Shown: positions 27,645 to 37,054 of the stretch, piece after piece
Position numbering within the stretch: the first letter of the stretch is position 1
How the letters are laid out: every line of letters starts with the position of its first letter
Source of the DNA: a bacterium
GTDB taxonomy: Bacteria > Patescibacteriota > Minisyncoccia > Minisyncoccales > UBA10102
Length of the DNA: 48,809 bases
Assembly: GCA_027624865.1 (NCBI GenBank)
Contig: JAQBTT010000002.1
Location: forward strand, 1 to 48,809
Direction of reading: 5' to 3'
The notes under the pieces: model-generated
Seen by the model: the letters and a program-made list of their open reading frames with translations, nothing else
What the model was told of the DNA's origin: nothing
The model's database searches: none
Translations under genes and position numbers: made by a program

Positions 27645-28385
27645 CTATTTTGTCAATACCACAGGGCCTTTCTTGGTAATAGCGATAGTATCTTCAAAGT
27701 GACAGAACAAGGAGCCATCTTTTGTGTTGTAACTTTGGCCATCTTTTGCCAATTCTAATTTCCAGTCTCCTGTTGTAACCATAGGCTCAATGCAAATAAC
27801 CAACCCTTCTTGAATTTCCTTATCTGTATGTGCTTTTCCATAATTTAATACCTTTGGCATTTCATGAATTTCTCTTCCAATGCCGTGTCCACATAGCTCA
27901 CGTACAACCCCGTAGCCGAGGTCTTCCAAATATGTTTGCACCGCATATCCAATATCTCCCAAGCGATTCCCCACTTTTGCCTGCTCCATCCCAAGCTCCA
28001 AGGCTCTCTTGGTAGCTACTATAAGATCAGATTTTTCTTTTGATATTGTGCCAATAGGAATGGTTCTTGCCATATCCAAATACCATCCCTTCCATCTAAG
28101 TCCCATGTCTAAGGTTAAAATGTCACCTTCTTGGAGCTCTCTTTTTGATGGCGGAGTATGCACCCCCTCATCATTCACCGCAGTACATAAAACACCGGGA
28201 AACCCATGATATCCAAGAAATGCAGTCTCAGCTCCAGCGTCCAAGGTGAGCTTCCTAGTTAAAGAGTCTAGATCCATTGTTGTTACTCCAGGCTTTGCAT
28301 CCAAAGCAACCTTAGCTAAAATGCGGGCGAGGATCACTCCTCCCTCCCGCATCTCTTGAATATCTTTTGTTGTTTTTAAATTCAT
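27645..28385 (-). CDS. map: methionine aminopeptidase
   Basis: DMG...DMART, GHGIG..IHE.P, IEPM, HFEDT. Confidence 0.96.
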   Translation of the reverse strand: MNLKTTKDIQEMREGGVILARILAKVALDAKPGVTTMDLDSLTRKLTLDAGAETAFLGYHGFPGVLCTAVNDEGVHTPPSKRELQEGDILTLDMGLRWKGWYLDMARTIPIGTISKEKSDLIVATKRALELGMEQAKVGNRLGDIGYAVQTYLEDLGYGVVRELCGHGIGREIHEMPKVLNYGKAHTDKEIQEGLVICIEPMVTTGDWKLELAKDGQSYNTKDGSLFCHFEDTIAITKKGPVVLTK

Positions 28386-28389
28386 TTAG

Positions 28390-28974
28390 CTAAAAGAGTC
28401 CGCTTACTGCTGTTTCCATATCCTCCTGTACTTTCTTCACGTCTTGATTTCCATTTACCTCAACAAGCTTTCCTTGTTTTCTGTAGTGCTCAATAACTGG
28501 GACTACCTCATCTTCGTACCATTCCATTCGTTTTGCAATTGCTGACGCACTATCATCTGCGCGACCGCGCATCAAGAGACGCTTCTCAGACTCCTCCTTT
28601 GAAATACTCAGGTGAATCACTCTAAAGTTCTCCTCAAGCTCATAGAACTGATAAATCTCATCTAGAAGAAAGGCTTCATATACTTTTCGAGGGCTCCCCT
28701 CAAAAACAATCCCTTGATATTCTCCCTTTTCCTGTATGCTCTCCAGCTCATGTAACCACATATCAAATATGATAGGTGTCGGCATCAATCCTCCTGTGTT
28801 TAATATCTCCTTAATTTTAGTTCCAATAAAATCTTCCTTTTCTGCGCGCTCACGCAAAAGTCCTCCTGAGCTAATAATTTTTAAATTAAACTCCTTGGCA
28901 AGAAACGCTGATTGCGTCCCCTTCCCTGAGCCTGGTCTTCCCAGAATAGGGATAATAGAAAACTTCTTATTCAT
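28390..28974 (-). CDS. adk: adenylate/NMP kinase, short-LID type
   Basis: GRPGSGKGTQ, SSGGLLR, EGSPR, RGRADD. Confidence 0.88.
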   Translation of the reverse strand: MNKKFSIIPILGRPGSGKGTQSAFLAKEFNLKIISSGGLLRERAEKEDFIGTKIKEILNTGGLMPTPIIFDMWLHELESIQEKGEYQGIVFEGSPRKVYEAFLLDEIYQFYELEENFRVIHLSISKEESEKRLLMRGRADDSASAIAKRMEWYEDEVVPVIEHYRKQGKLVEVNGNQDVKKVQEDMETAVSGLF

Positions 28975-29684
28975 ACACCTTGTGCAATTGTATTGATACG
29001 TGAGAACACCTCTGACACAGAACCAGTGGCAGAAATACGATGCACGGGGATTCCTTGCTCTTCAAAATACTCAAGCAATGGGAAGGTCTCCTTTCTAAAT
29101 GTTGCAAGACGCGTTGTGATAAGCTCAGGAGTATCGAAAGAGCGAGTAATCAACTTTGAGCCATCAAGAGGGCACAGAGTTAATTGCTCCGTTTCTTTAA
29201 TATATAAAATGGGGTGGCGTACAAGCTCACAAATACGTCGATGAGAATTTCGAAATATCGTATCCTCTTCATCAACATCAAGGTACAGAACAATAATATT
29301 TTCTTTTCCAAATGATTCAAGAGCAAAAGGCATGAGATATTCCATTTGAGAAATAGCTCGAGGAAATCCATCAAGTAGTATGCTTTGCTCCTCTCTCTTT
29401 AATCTTTTTAGGCGAGCCCTGACTGTATCTACAACGAAAGGAGTCTCATTGAGCACTCCACTTTCCCAAAGCTTTTGCTGATCTGCAACGTAATACTTCT
29501 TCCCTTCACTCTCTACATACTCTCCGGGCTCTGCATTCAAAAACCTCTCTTCCAAGAGTTTACTCATCTCAATGCGAGTAAGGCGCAATTTATCAGCTAA
29601 CAGGAGTGTCTGAGTTCCTTTTCCAGAACCTGGTGCACCAAGAAAGATATAGAGACGTTCTTTTAATTGTTGAGGAAGTTCCAT
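28971..29684 (-). CDS. adk: adenylate/NMP kinase, long-LID type
   Basis: GAPGSGKGTQ, LDGFPR, RRIC...CPLDGSKL. Confidence 0.85.
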   Translation of the reverse strand: MELPQQLKERLYIFLGAPGSGKGTQTLLLADKLRLTRIEMSKLLEERFLNAEPGEYVESEGKKYYVADQQKLWESGVLNETPFVVDTVRARLKRLKREEQSILLDGFPRAISQMEYLMPFALESFGKENIIVLYLDVDEEDTIFRNSHRRICELVRHPILYIKETEQLTLCPLDGSKLITRSFDTPELITTRLATFRKETFPLLEYFEEQGIPVHRISATGSVSEVFSRINTIAQGV

Positions 29685-29687
29685 TGG

Positions 29688-30968
29688 TTAAAACGTGTCA
29701 TATTCTCTCATTTGAAGCTGAGCACGTATTTGACGCAGAGTTTCCAAAACCACAGAAACCACAATGAGGAGGGCGGTACCTCCCAAAAGAAATTGGAACG
29801 AAGCAATTTGAGTTGCTCCTTGCACGATAGAAGGCATAACAGCAATAGTTCCTAGAAATAGTGCTCCAACTAATAAAATTCGGTTCAAGATAAAAGAAAG
29901 GAAATTGGAAGTAGAAACACCGGGCCGTACCCCTGGGATAAAGCCACCCATCTTTTGCAGGTTCGTAGCAATTGATTTTGGATCAAAGGTTACTGCTGTA
30001 TAGAAAAAGGTAAACATTACCACGAGCAAGAAATAAAGAATTCCATACGCCCATGGGTTCACTAAAAAGTTTTGCACACCATTCGCAATGTTCCCAATAA
30101 AGCCTCCAACTCCTACAAGAAACGAAGCTACCATTCCAGGAATAGTGAGCAAGGATAGAGCAAAGATAATAGGGATAACACCTGCTGGGTTTACTTGGAG
30201 TGGAAGATAGGTTGAGGCTCCGCCAAACATCTTGTTCCCGCGAACTCGCTTTGCATAGGAAACCGGGATATTACGCCTGGCCTCCGTGATATACACCACC
30301 CCTGCAATAATAACAATTGCCATAACAAAAAAGGCAACATAGGCAGGGAGACGAGTTGGATCATAGGCAAGAAACATTTGTCTAATGGAAGAAGGAAAGC
30401 CCGTGACAATACCTGCAAAAATAAGCAAAGATACCCCATTTCCAATACCTTTTTCAGTAATAAGTTCCCCAAGCCACATCAGGAGCATTGTCCCTGCTGT
30501 GATGGTTACAAGGGCTGTGACAAGGATTTCAGGACTCAAGTGATCAATTACCTGCTGTTGCGTCAAAAGAGCCAAGAATCCGTATCCTTGCAAAAAAGCA
30601 AAAGGAACAGCAAGATACCTGCCATACTGGTTAAACTTCGCTCTTCCTGTCTCCCCTTCCTCTTTATACAGTCTTTCCAGGGCAGGAACAATCATGGTTA
30701 AAAGCTGCATGATAATAACAGCTGTAATGTAGGGACCAAGTCCAAGCATGACAATAGAAAGACTATCCAATGCTCCACCAGTAAACAGGTTTAAAAGGCC
30801 AAAGAGTTGATTGTTTGAGAAAAATTCCTCAATGCGCGCTGTATCAATACCTGGCATTGGGATATTTGCCATGAGACGAAACAATACAAAGATACCCAAA
30901 ACAAACAGAATTTTCTTCCTTAGATCAGGAATCTGAAATGTTCGAATGATGTTATAGAGCCAACTCAT
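29688..30968 (-). CDS. secY: preprotein translocase SecY
   Basis: LGLGPYITA.II.QLL, GIGNGVSL, AGVIPIIFA, FIPGVRPG. Confidence 0.98.
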   Translation of the reverse strand: MSWLYNIIRTFQIPDLRKKILFVLGIFVLFRLMANIPMPGIDTARIEEFFSNNQLFGLLNLFTGGALDSLSIVMLGLGPYITAVIIMQLLTMIVPALERLYKEEGETGRAKFNQYGRYLAVPFAFLQGYGFLALLTQQQVIDHLSPEILVTALVTITAGTMLLMWLGELITEKGIGNGVSLLIFAGIVTGFPSSIRQMFLAYDPTRLPAYVAFFVMAIVIIAGVVYITEARRNIPVSYAKRVRGNKMFGGASTYLPLQVNPAGVIPIIFALSLLTIPGMVASFLVGVGGFIGNIANGVQNFLVNPWAYGILYFLLVVMFTFFYTAVTFDPKSIATNLQKMGGFIPGVRPGVSTSNFLSFILNRILLVGALFLGTIAVMPSIVQGATQIASFQFLLGGTALLIVVSVVLETLRQIRAQLQMREYDTF

Positions 30969-31396
30969 GTGATGCTACCACCGCTCTCTTCAATGGACTT
31001 CTTTGCGCCAGCCGTAAGGAGACATCCTTGAACTGAAAGTGGGCTTTCTAATATAGCTATTCCTACGATTTTTACTACAGGAGGCACTCCTCTCTTTTGA
31101 AATATCAATTCCTTCTCAAATAAGCTTGCAGGAGAAATGAGTTCGTCCTTTGAAAATTTCTTTACAATCATTTGCAAGGTAACTGTTTGAGGTTTGCGCT
31201 GTCTTTTCACTCCCCTATATCCCTTCAGCTTAGGATAACGCTTTAATACCTCTCTGACAACAGGGGCCACCTTTCCTCCAGCTCTTGATTTCTGTCCCTT
31301 CATTCCACGCCCAGAATAAGTGCCTCTTTTGCCACCTCTTCCAATACGCTTTTTTGAAGCTCTTTTCGTTTTTGGTTTTATTTCGTGTAATTGCAT
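30965..31396 (-). CDS. rplO: 50S ribosomal protein L15
   Basis: RIGRGGKRGTYSGRG.KGQKSRAG. Confidence 0.95.
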   Translation of the reverse strand: MQLHEIKPKTKRASKKRIGRGGKRGTYSGRGMKGQKSRAGGKVAPVVREVLKRYPKLKGYRGVKRQRKPQTVTLQMIVKKFSKDELISPASLFEKELIFQKRGVPPVVKIVGIAILESPLSVQGCLLTAGAKKSIEESGGSIT

Positions 31397-31397
31397 A

Positions 31398-31597
31398 CCA
31401 GGTACTAGAAATTAGACTTCTCTTGACTCTGTAGTGAATTTTGGACATGCTTTCGCAAACAAAGTTTGGTCCAAAATCTACTACGGGGTTGACTTGCGAT
31501 ATATGCGACCATTGTTGGTATTTTATTTAAAGATTTCATAATGAGTTGAATATTGTGTTTTGGCGAGAAATAGCAAGGTCTAATTTTCAGTACCTGG
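31398..31597. mobile_element. non-autonomous TIR element (subfamily D) at the rplO start
   Basis: ccaggtactagaaattagac / gtctaattttcagtacctgg ends; CATA direct repeats at 31394-31397 and 31598-31601. Confidence 0.88.
31427..31488. mobile_element. 62-bp TIR element (subfamily C) nested in the previous element
   Basis: ctctgtagtgaattttggac / gtccaaaatctactacgggg; TTGA direct repeats; absent from the paralog at 14782-14916. Confidence 0.85.
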
Positions 31598-31601
31598 CAT
31601 A

Positions 31602-32150
31602 CTACAAAGTTTCCTCTTTTACCTTTTCTTCAACTTCTTCTTTCTTTGGCTCTTTTCCTTTTTCGTCGCTCACCTGAAGCATTCGAATAGCTGCCAAAGT
31701 TGCCAGTGCATTGTTTAACTTATTTCTACTTCGCGTAATAGTTTTAGCAGAGATATTCTTGATTCCTGCTTTTTCTGCAATAATTCTTGTAACTCCCCCA
31801 GCAACTAACCCACGTCCTTGCTTTTGAGGTTTCAGTAAAATACGTGAAGCGCCAAATGTAGCTGTAACTTCATGCGCAATTGTATCGTTAACGATAGGTA
31901 CAGTAACCAAGCTCTTTGTGGCCTTGCGAGTTGCTTTCTCTATTGCTTGCGCAACATCAGCGCCCTTTGCAACGCCGACTCCCACTCGAGCCTTATGATC
32001 TCCCACTACCACTACAGCGCGAAAACGGAATCTTCTTCCGCCGGCTGACACACGAACAACACGCGCTAAATCGACGAGCTTTGAATCAAACTCGGATTTC
32101 TCTCGTGGTTTCCCTCTTTGCTCAAATTGTTTTCGCTGTTTTCCTGGCAT
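31602..32150 (-). CDS. rpsE: 30S ribosomal protein S5
   Basis: GGRRFRFRAVVVVGD, GLVAGG. Confidence 0.96.
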   Translation of the reverse strand: MPGKQRKQFEQRGKPREKSEFDSKLVDLARVVRVSAGGRRFRFRAVVVVGDHKARVGVGVAKGADVAQAIEKATRKATKSLVTVPIVNDTIAHEVTATFGASRILLKPQKQGRGLVAGGVTRIIAEKAGIKNISAKTITRSRNKLNNALATLAAIRMLQVSDEKGKEPKKEEVEEKVKEETL

Positions 32151-32154
32151 ACTA

Positions 32155-32505
32155 TTAAAAGACTAATCCTCCTTCTCTTGCGCCTTCTGCAAGTGCTTTA
32201 ATGTTTCCATGATACTTATACCCACCTCTATCAAACACAATTTTTGTAATTCCTTTTGCTTGCGCATCTTTTGCAATTTGCTTTCCCATTGCGCTTGCTC
32301 TTGTAATCGGAGCCCCTTTCTTTACGTCTTTTAAGTCAGAGATTGCAGTGATCACTGTCCCTTTCATGTCGTCTACCAATTGAGCATACAAATGCTTTTG
32401 GGAACGAAAGACACAAAGCCTTGGACACTTTGCAGTGCCTTTTACTCTTGCTCGAACACGCTTGTGTCGAGTTACTCTTTGTTCTCTTGGGGTTTTCTTT
32501 ATCAT
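32155..32505 (-). CDS. rplR: 50S ribosomal protein L18
   Basis: PRLCVFRS.KH.YAQ, VFDRGGYKYHG. Confidence 0.97.
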   Translation of the reverse strand: MIKKTPREQRVTRHKRVRARVKGTAKCPRLCVFRSQKHLYAQLVDDMKGTVITAISDLKDVKKGAPITRASAMGKQIAKDAQAKGITKIVFDRGGYKYHGNIKALAEGAREGGLVF

Positions 32506-32513
32506 ACCATTAT

Positions 32514-33080
32514 TTATGCACCTCCCGAGGCGCCTGCTGCTTTCTTACCTTCCTTTCTTCGCACTACTTCACCAACGTAGCGAACACCTTTTCCTTTATA
32601 AGGTTCCACTGGTCGATACCTTCTGATCTTTGCTGCAAATTCACCTACCTGTTGCTTGTTGATACCAGAGACAATAACGGTATTCTTTTCCACGACACAC
32701 GTAATGCCTTCTGGCATTTTTGCTTTTACGGGGTGGGAAAATCCAAGGGAAAGGTTAATCACGTCTCCTTCCACTGCAGCGCGATACCCTGTTCCTTCTA
32801 TCTCAAGTCTCTTTTCATACCCCTCAGTTACGCCCTGTATCATATTTGCCAGGAGCGTCCTGGTAAGTCCCCACAATCCTTTTGCAAGAAAAGCTCGTTT
32901 TTTTGAAAGGTCCTCACGCAAAGAAACCTGAATGACACTTTCCTCCTTTACTACGGATACATCAGGATGCATCTCATATACAAGTTCGCCTCGAGGTCCC
33001 TTCACCTTAGCTACGTGGTCTTCCAGACTCACATCCACATTAAGTGGTACTTCAATTGGTTGTTTTCCTATCCTTGACAT
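32514..33080 (-). CDS. rplF: 50S ribosomal protein L6
   Basis: MSRIGKQPI, LGFSHP, EPYKGKG. Confidence 0.97.
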   Translation of the reverse strand: MSRIGKQPIEVPLNVDVSLEDHVAKVKGPRGELVYEMHPDVSVVKEESVIQVSLREDLSKKRAFLAKGLWGLTRTLLANMIQGVTEGYEKRLEIEGTGYRAAVEGDVINLSLGFSHPVKAKMPEGITCVVEKNTVIVSGINKQQVGEFAAKIRRYRPVEPYKGKGVRYVGEVVRRKEGKKAAGASGGA

Positions 33081-33164
33081 AAATTTCTAATTTCTAAATC
33101 CTAATTTTAAATTAAATCCTCTCCCTTCCCGAGATCTCCCACAGGGAGACAATGACCAAATACT

Positions 33165-33315
33165 TTCTGTGAGAAATGTTGCTCTCCGGGAAGCTCTCGC
33201 AGGTGTTTTGGCATGGTCTTGAGCGAAGCGAAAGCAAAACACCGAGAGTGCAGCTCCCAAAATCCGGCTGGGGATTTTGAGGAGCGGTTCTCCGGGAGCA
33301 ATATTCCGAGCAGAA
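33165..33315. repeat. family A structured element, copy 2
   Basis: Core aagctctcg..ggcatggtc..ccgagagtgcagctcccaaaatcc..ggattttgaggagcggttc. Confidence 0.85.
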
Positions 33316-33349
33316 CTGATTGTTTGAAATGTATTGATAATCATATTTT

Positions 33350-33739
33350 TTACCACACTTCACATAATATTTCTCCTCCAATGCCAAGTGCTCGTGCTTC
33401 ACCAGTTGTCATAAGTCCTTTGGATGTTGAAACAATGCCAATGCTCTTTGCTCTACCTACTTTCCCAAGCTCTAAGGTAGAGGCATATGCTCGCTTTCCT
33501 GGCTTGGACACGCGCTTTACTCCAGTAACTCTGGCAACGCCGTCTTTATACACCAAGAGTAACTCCATGGATTTCTTCCCTTTCTTGGTCTTTATCTCCA
33601 CTTTGGAGATAAAGTTTGTTCTCTCCAAAATCTTTCCGATTTCAAATCGAATTCTGGAAAATGGAACCTCAGTTACCTCCTTTCCAACGGCTTGAGCGTT
33701 CTTTATCCTATTTAACATGTCTGCAATTGGGTCTACCAT
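33350..33739 (-). CDS. rpsH: 30S ribosomal protein S8
   Basis: DPIADML.RI.NA, VSKPG, STSKG.MT, GGEILC.VW. Confidence 0.97.
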   Translation of the reverse strand: MVDPIADMLNRIKNAQAVGKEVTEVPFSRIRFEIGKILERTNFISKVEIKTKKGKKSMELLLVYKDGVARVTGVKRVSKPGKRAYASTLELGKVGRAKSIGIVSTSKGLMTTGEARALGIGGEILCEVW

Positions 33740-33918
33740 GAAGATTTTGTAATACCTGGTAGTAATCCTTTATTTGCCATCTCTCGAAAACATATTCGAC
33801 AGAGTCCAAAGTCTCGAAGAAATCCTCTCTTCCTTCCACATCTAAAACATCTTCTCACAATTCGAGATTGAAACTTTGGCTTCCTTTTTGACTTTTCAAT
33901 TTGTGACTTTGTTGCCAT
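33733..33918 (-). CDS. rpsN: 30S ribosomal protein S14 (Zn-binding type)
   Basis: RCFRCGR...GLCRICFRE...PGITKSSW. Confidence 0.97.
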   Translation of the reverse strand: MATKSQIEKSKRKPKFQSRIVRRCFRCGRKRGFLRDFGLCRICFREMANKGLLPGITKSSW

Positions 33919-33927
33919 ATCTTTTCG

Positions 33928-34005
33928 TGACCTAGGACTTATGACTTATGACGAATGACATTCTCTGATGCTTTTTGTCATTTGTCATTAGTCATTAGTC
34001 ATTAG
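33928..34005. repeat. inverted heptamer arrays (TGACTTA / TCATTAG)
   Basis: tgactta-type units facing gtcatta-type units between rplE and rpsN. Confidence 0.8.
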
Positions 34006-34562
34006 TTAGTTTTAAATGGAAATCCAAGTTGGGTAAATAATTCCATTCCTTCCTCATGCGTCGTAGCAGTTGTTGTTACGGTAACTTCAAGCGAAAAAGA
34101 AATCTTAGATTTTTCTGGGGAAATCTCAGGGAAAAATAGGTGCTCCTGAATTCCAATATTTAAGTTCCCCTGCGCGTCAACGAAAGAAGTTTTCAGCCCC
34201 TGAAAATCACGTGACCGTGGAAACATAACATGTACAAGGCGATCTAGGAAGTCGTACATCTTTTTCCCTCGCAATGTTACTTTCACTCCAACAGGAGCGC
34301 CTTGCCGTAACTTAAAGGTTGCAATAGACTTTCTTGCTTTTGTTAGTACCGGCTTTTGTCCTGCAATCAAAGCTATATCATCTGCAATTATCTCTCCCAT
34401 CTTTCGTGCTTCCTCATTACTCTTTCCCGAAGCCATTTTCCCAAATCCAGAGTTAATAACCACCTTCTCAATTAAAGGAACTGCCATAACGCTTGTCAGT
34501 CCAAACTTCTTTTGAAGCAAAGGCGCAACTTTTTTTCTGTATGTTACTTGCATGTTTTCCAT
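34002..34562 (-). CDS. rplE: 50S ribosomal protein L5
   Basis: KVVIN.G, GQKP..TKARKSIATFKLR, FPEI. Confidence 0.97.
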   Translation of the reverse strand: MENMQVTYRKKVAPLLQKKFGLTSVMAVPLIEKVVINSGFGKMASGKSNEEARKMGEIIADDIALIAGQKPVLTKARKSIATFKLRQGAPVGVKVTLRGKKMYDFLDRLVHVMFPRSRDFQGLKTSFVDAQGNLNIGIQEHLFFPEISPEKSKISFSLEVTVTTTATTHEEGMELFTQLGFPFKTN

Positions 34563-34564
34563 GA

Positions 34565-34870
34565 TTACGTTTCCTGTCCACATTTCTTGCAGACTCGGGT
34601 CTTATTTGTTCCTTCCATTTTATATCCTGCGCGTGTCGCCTTATTGCACTTCACGCAAATCAATCGTACGTTCCCAAGTGCGATAGGGTTTTGCTTCTCT
34701 ATAATCTGTCCCTTTTCGCCAGACTTTGTTGGCTTGCGGTGTCTCTTTTTAATATTCACTCCTTCAACAATAACCTTAAGGCCTTGAGGGAACACCTTAG
34801 TAATCTTGCCTTTTTTGCCCTTCTCCTTTCCGGAAGTTATTGTAACAGTGTCTCCAGTTTTTAGTTTCAT
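34565..34870 (-). CDS. rplX: 50S ribosomal protein L24
   Basis: GD.V.I.SGKEKGK.GK, VEGVN. Confidence 0.96.
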   Translation of the reverse strand: MKLKTGDTVTITSGKEKGKKGKITKVFPQGLKVIVEGVNIKKRHRKPTKSGEKGQIIEKQNPIALGNVRLICVKCNKATRAGYKMEGTNKTRVCKKCGQET

Positions 34871-34946
34871 AGTAGAGTGTTTTTGAAGAATTTTAGTAAT
34901 GTATTAAGTGAAATTCTGAGAAAATGCGATACTATATCGCGTAGCG

Positions 34947-35315
34947 CTATATAATTTCCTTTGCTAATCCTGCTATTTTTGTGAATCCCTTCTCTCGAAT
35001 TTCTCGAGGGAACGGTCCAAACATTCTTCCGCCTTTTGGCTCTTTATCCTTTTCCAAAATCACTGCTGCATTTTCATCAAAGCTAATGTAGGAACCATCC
35101 TTTCTTCGCAAAGCCTTTTTTTGACGAACCACCACTGCTCGCACAACCTCATGCTTTTTAACTAGGCGTCGTGGAAAAGCTTCTTTTACTGCTGCCACAA
35201 TAATATCACCAATTTGTGCATATCGTCTCTTTGATCCTCCAAGCACCTTAAAACACTGGATTATTTTTGCTCCTGAATTATCTGCAACTTTTAATTTTGT
35301 TTGTGCCTGTATCAT
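34947..35315 (-). CDS. rplN: 50S ribosomal protein L14
   Basis: [15 protein letters not shown]. Confidence 0.98.
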   Translation of the reverse strand: MIQAQTKLKVADNSGAKIIQCFKVLGGSKRRYAQIGDIIVAAVKEAFPRRLVKKHEVVRAVVVRQKKALRRKDGSYISFDENAAVILEKDKEPKGGRMFGPFPREIREKGFTKIAGLAKEII

Positions 35316-35330
35316 AGCGTACGTTGCCTC

Positions 35331-35567
35331 TTAGAAAACTTTTCTTATTACCTTCCATCGCTTATCCTTGCTCATGGGATTTGCCTCTTCTATGACAACT
35401 ATATCATTCGTTTTGTACTCGTTGTTCTCATCATGCGCCTTGTACCTTTTATGTGAACGATACCTTCTCTTATATTTTGGGTGGGTCTTTAAGGTTTCTA
35501 CCTTAACCACGCAGGTCTTATCCATTTTATCTGAAACCACTACACCTTTTAATTGTTTTTTTGGCAT
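35331..35567 (-). CDS. rpsQ: 30S ribosomal protein S17
   Basis: [19 protein letters not shown]. Confidence 0.97.
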   Translation of the reverse strand: MPKKQLKGVVVSDKMDKTCVVKVETLKTHPKYKRRYRSHKRYKAHDENNEYKTNDIVVIEEANPMSKDKRWKVIRKVF

Positions 35568-35571
35568 CGTA

Positions 35572-35757
35572 TTATCTCTTCTCGCGCATAATTGTTTGTA
35601 TCTTTGCTATCGTCCTCCTTGACTCGTGCATCTCTTGCGTATTCTTTACCTTACCTGCTGCGTGCTGAAAGCGAAGCTCTCGTCCTTTTTCTTTCAAGGC
35701 TGTCATCATTTCAAGTAATTCCTTTTCAGTTTTCTCTCGTAATTCTAGTATTTTCAT
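35572..35757 (-). CDS. rpmC: 50S ribosomal protein L29
   Basis: ELRE...LRFQ...RRTIAKIQT; canonical position. Confidence 0.93.
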   Translation of the reverse strand: MKILELREKTEKELLEMMTALKEKGRELRFQHAAGKVKNTQEMHESRRTIAKIQTIMREKR

Positions 35758-36167
35758 GTAGCATCCTTAATAACAATACTGGTCTTCACTGCCAACTTTG
35801 CAGAAGCCTTACGCAAAGCTTCTCTTGCCATGTCTTCTTTAATCCCTTCAATTTCAAATATTATTCTACCAGGTCGAATTGGAAAAGCGTAATGGTCAAC
35901 TGCCCCCTTTCCGCCACCCATGGGAGTCTCAGCTCCTTTCTTTGTAATGGGTTTGTCTGGGAAAATACGAATCCACATCTTTCCTCCTTTTCTCAAGTAG
36001 CGAATAATCGCGCGGCGTCCGGCTTCAATCTGGCGCGCTGGAACCCATTTTGTCCCTTGAGACTTTAAACCATAGCTACCAAAGGAGAGCTGGTTTCCGC
36101 TGTGGGACAACCCTTTACTTCTCCCCTTTCGTACTTTTCTATGTTTTACTTTTTTTGGAGCTAACAT
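35754..36167 (-). CDS. rplP: 50S ribosomal protein L16
   Basis: [23 protein letters not shown]. Confidence 0.97.
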   Translation of the reverse strand: MLAPKKVKHRKVRKGRSKGLSHSGNQLSFGSYGLKSQGTKWVPARQIEAGRRAIIRYLRKGGKMWIRIFPDKPITKKGAETPMGGGKGAVDHYAFPIRPGRIIFEIEGIKEDMAREALRKASAKLAVKTSIVIKDAT

Positions 36168-36281
36168 ATGCGAAAATAAATTTATTTATTGAGCACCCCG
36201 CCCTCTATGCCGTTCAAACTGTGTAATCTTTCATTGCTCAAACAGCTTAGAGGGCGGGGTTTCGTAGCGCTTCTGCGCTAC
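36168..36281. repeat. family B hairpin element, copy 3 (rpsC-rplP junction)
   Basis: IR at 36195-36260; flanks identical to copy 4. Confidence 0.88.
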
Positions 36282-36910
36282 TCAAATACTTCCCCTTTAT
36301 ACAACCACACCTTCACTCCAACAGCGCCATAGGTGGTTCTTGCCTCAACAAGAGCATAATCAATAATTGCGCGTTGTGTTTGCAATGGCAAACGTCCCTC
36401 TTTCAACACTTCTCTTCTGGCAATATCCGCTCCACCCAAACGTCCTGCAATCGCAAATTTCACTCCTTCAATGCCTTTGGTGGATGAAACTTTCTGCATC
36501 ATCTGCTTCATCACACGGCGATGTGGCATTCTCTTTTCCAACTGCTGGGCAATGTTTTGCGCCACTAATGTTGCTGACTCAAAAGGATTCTTGATCTCTC
36601 GAATCTCCAAACGAACATCTTTTGCCAAAACAAACTTTTGCAGTGCCTTCTTTACAATTTCAATTCCAGAACCCCCTCTTCCAATAATTAGTCCTGGTCT
36701 TCCAGAGCTTATGATAACGGTGAGGCGTCCAGCAAATCGTTCAATCTCAATGGCTTCCAGTGAAGCTTCCTTTAGTCTTGCTTCCAAAAATTCTCGGATA
36801 CGAAAATCCTCTTCCAAAGTCTTTGCGTATGCTTTCTTCTCAACCCAACGAGAAAGCCAATCTTTGGTTTCACGAATACGAAATATTTTTGGGTGTACTT
36901 TATGTGACAT
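36278..36910 (-). CDS. rpsC: 30S ribosomal protein S3
   Basis: KVHP..FR, RPGLIIGRGG, GRLGGADIAR, GVKVW. Confidence 0.97.
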   Translation of the reverse strand: MSHKVHPKIFRIRETKDWLSRWVEKKAYAKTLEEDFRIREFLEARLKEASLEAIEIERFAGRLTVIISSGRPGLIIGRGGSGIEIVKKALQKFVLAKDVRLEIREIKNPFESATLVAQNIAQQLEKRMPHRRVMKQMMQKVSSTKGIEGVKFAIAGRLGGADIARREVLKEGRLPLQTQRAIIDYALVEARTTYGAVGVKVWLYKGEVFE

Positions 36911-37054
36911 GCGAAAATAAATTTATTTATTGAGCACCCCGCCCTCTAGGCTCTATGTACTGTTGTTGAAGACTCACAGGGCAAGATTTCTTTCAATATA
37001 GCGTCTTCAAACATACAGCATAGAGGGCGGGGTTTCGTAGCGCTTCTGCGCTAC
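36911..37054. repeat. family B hairpin element, copy 4 (rplV-rpsC junction)
   Basis: IR at 36936-37033 plus gtagcgc-ttct-gcgctac hairpin. Confidence 0.88.

Noticed and set aside
34871..34946. Additional mobile element between rplN and rplX
   Set aside because: Only a weak imperfect inverted repeat, with no TSD and no second copy.
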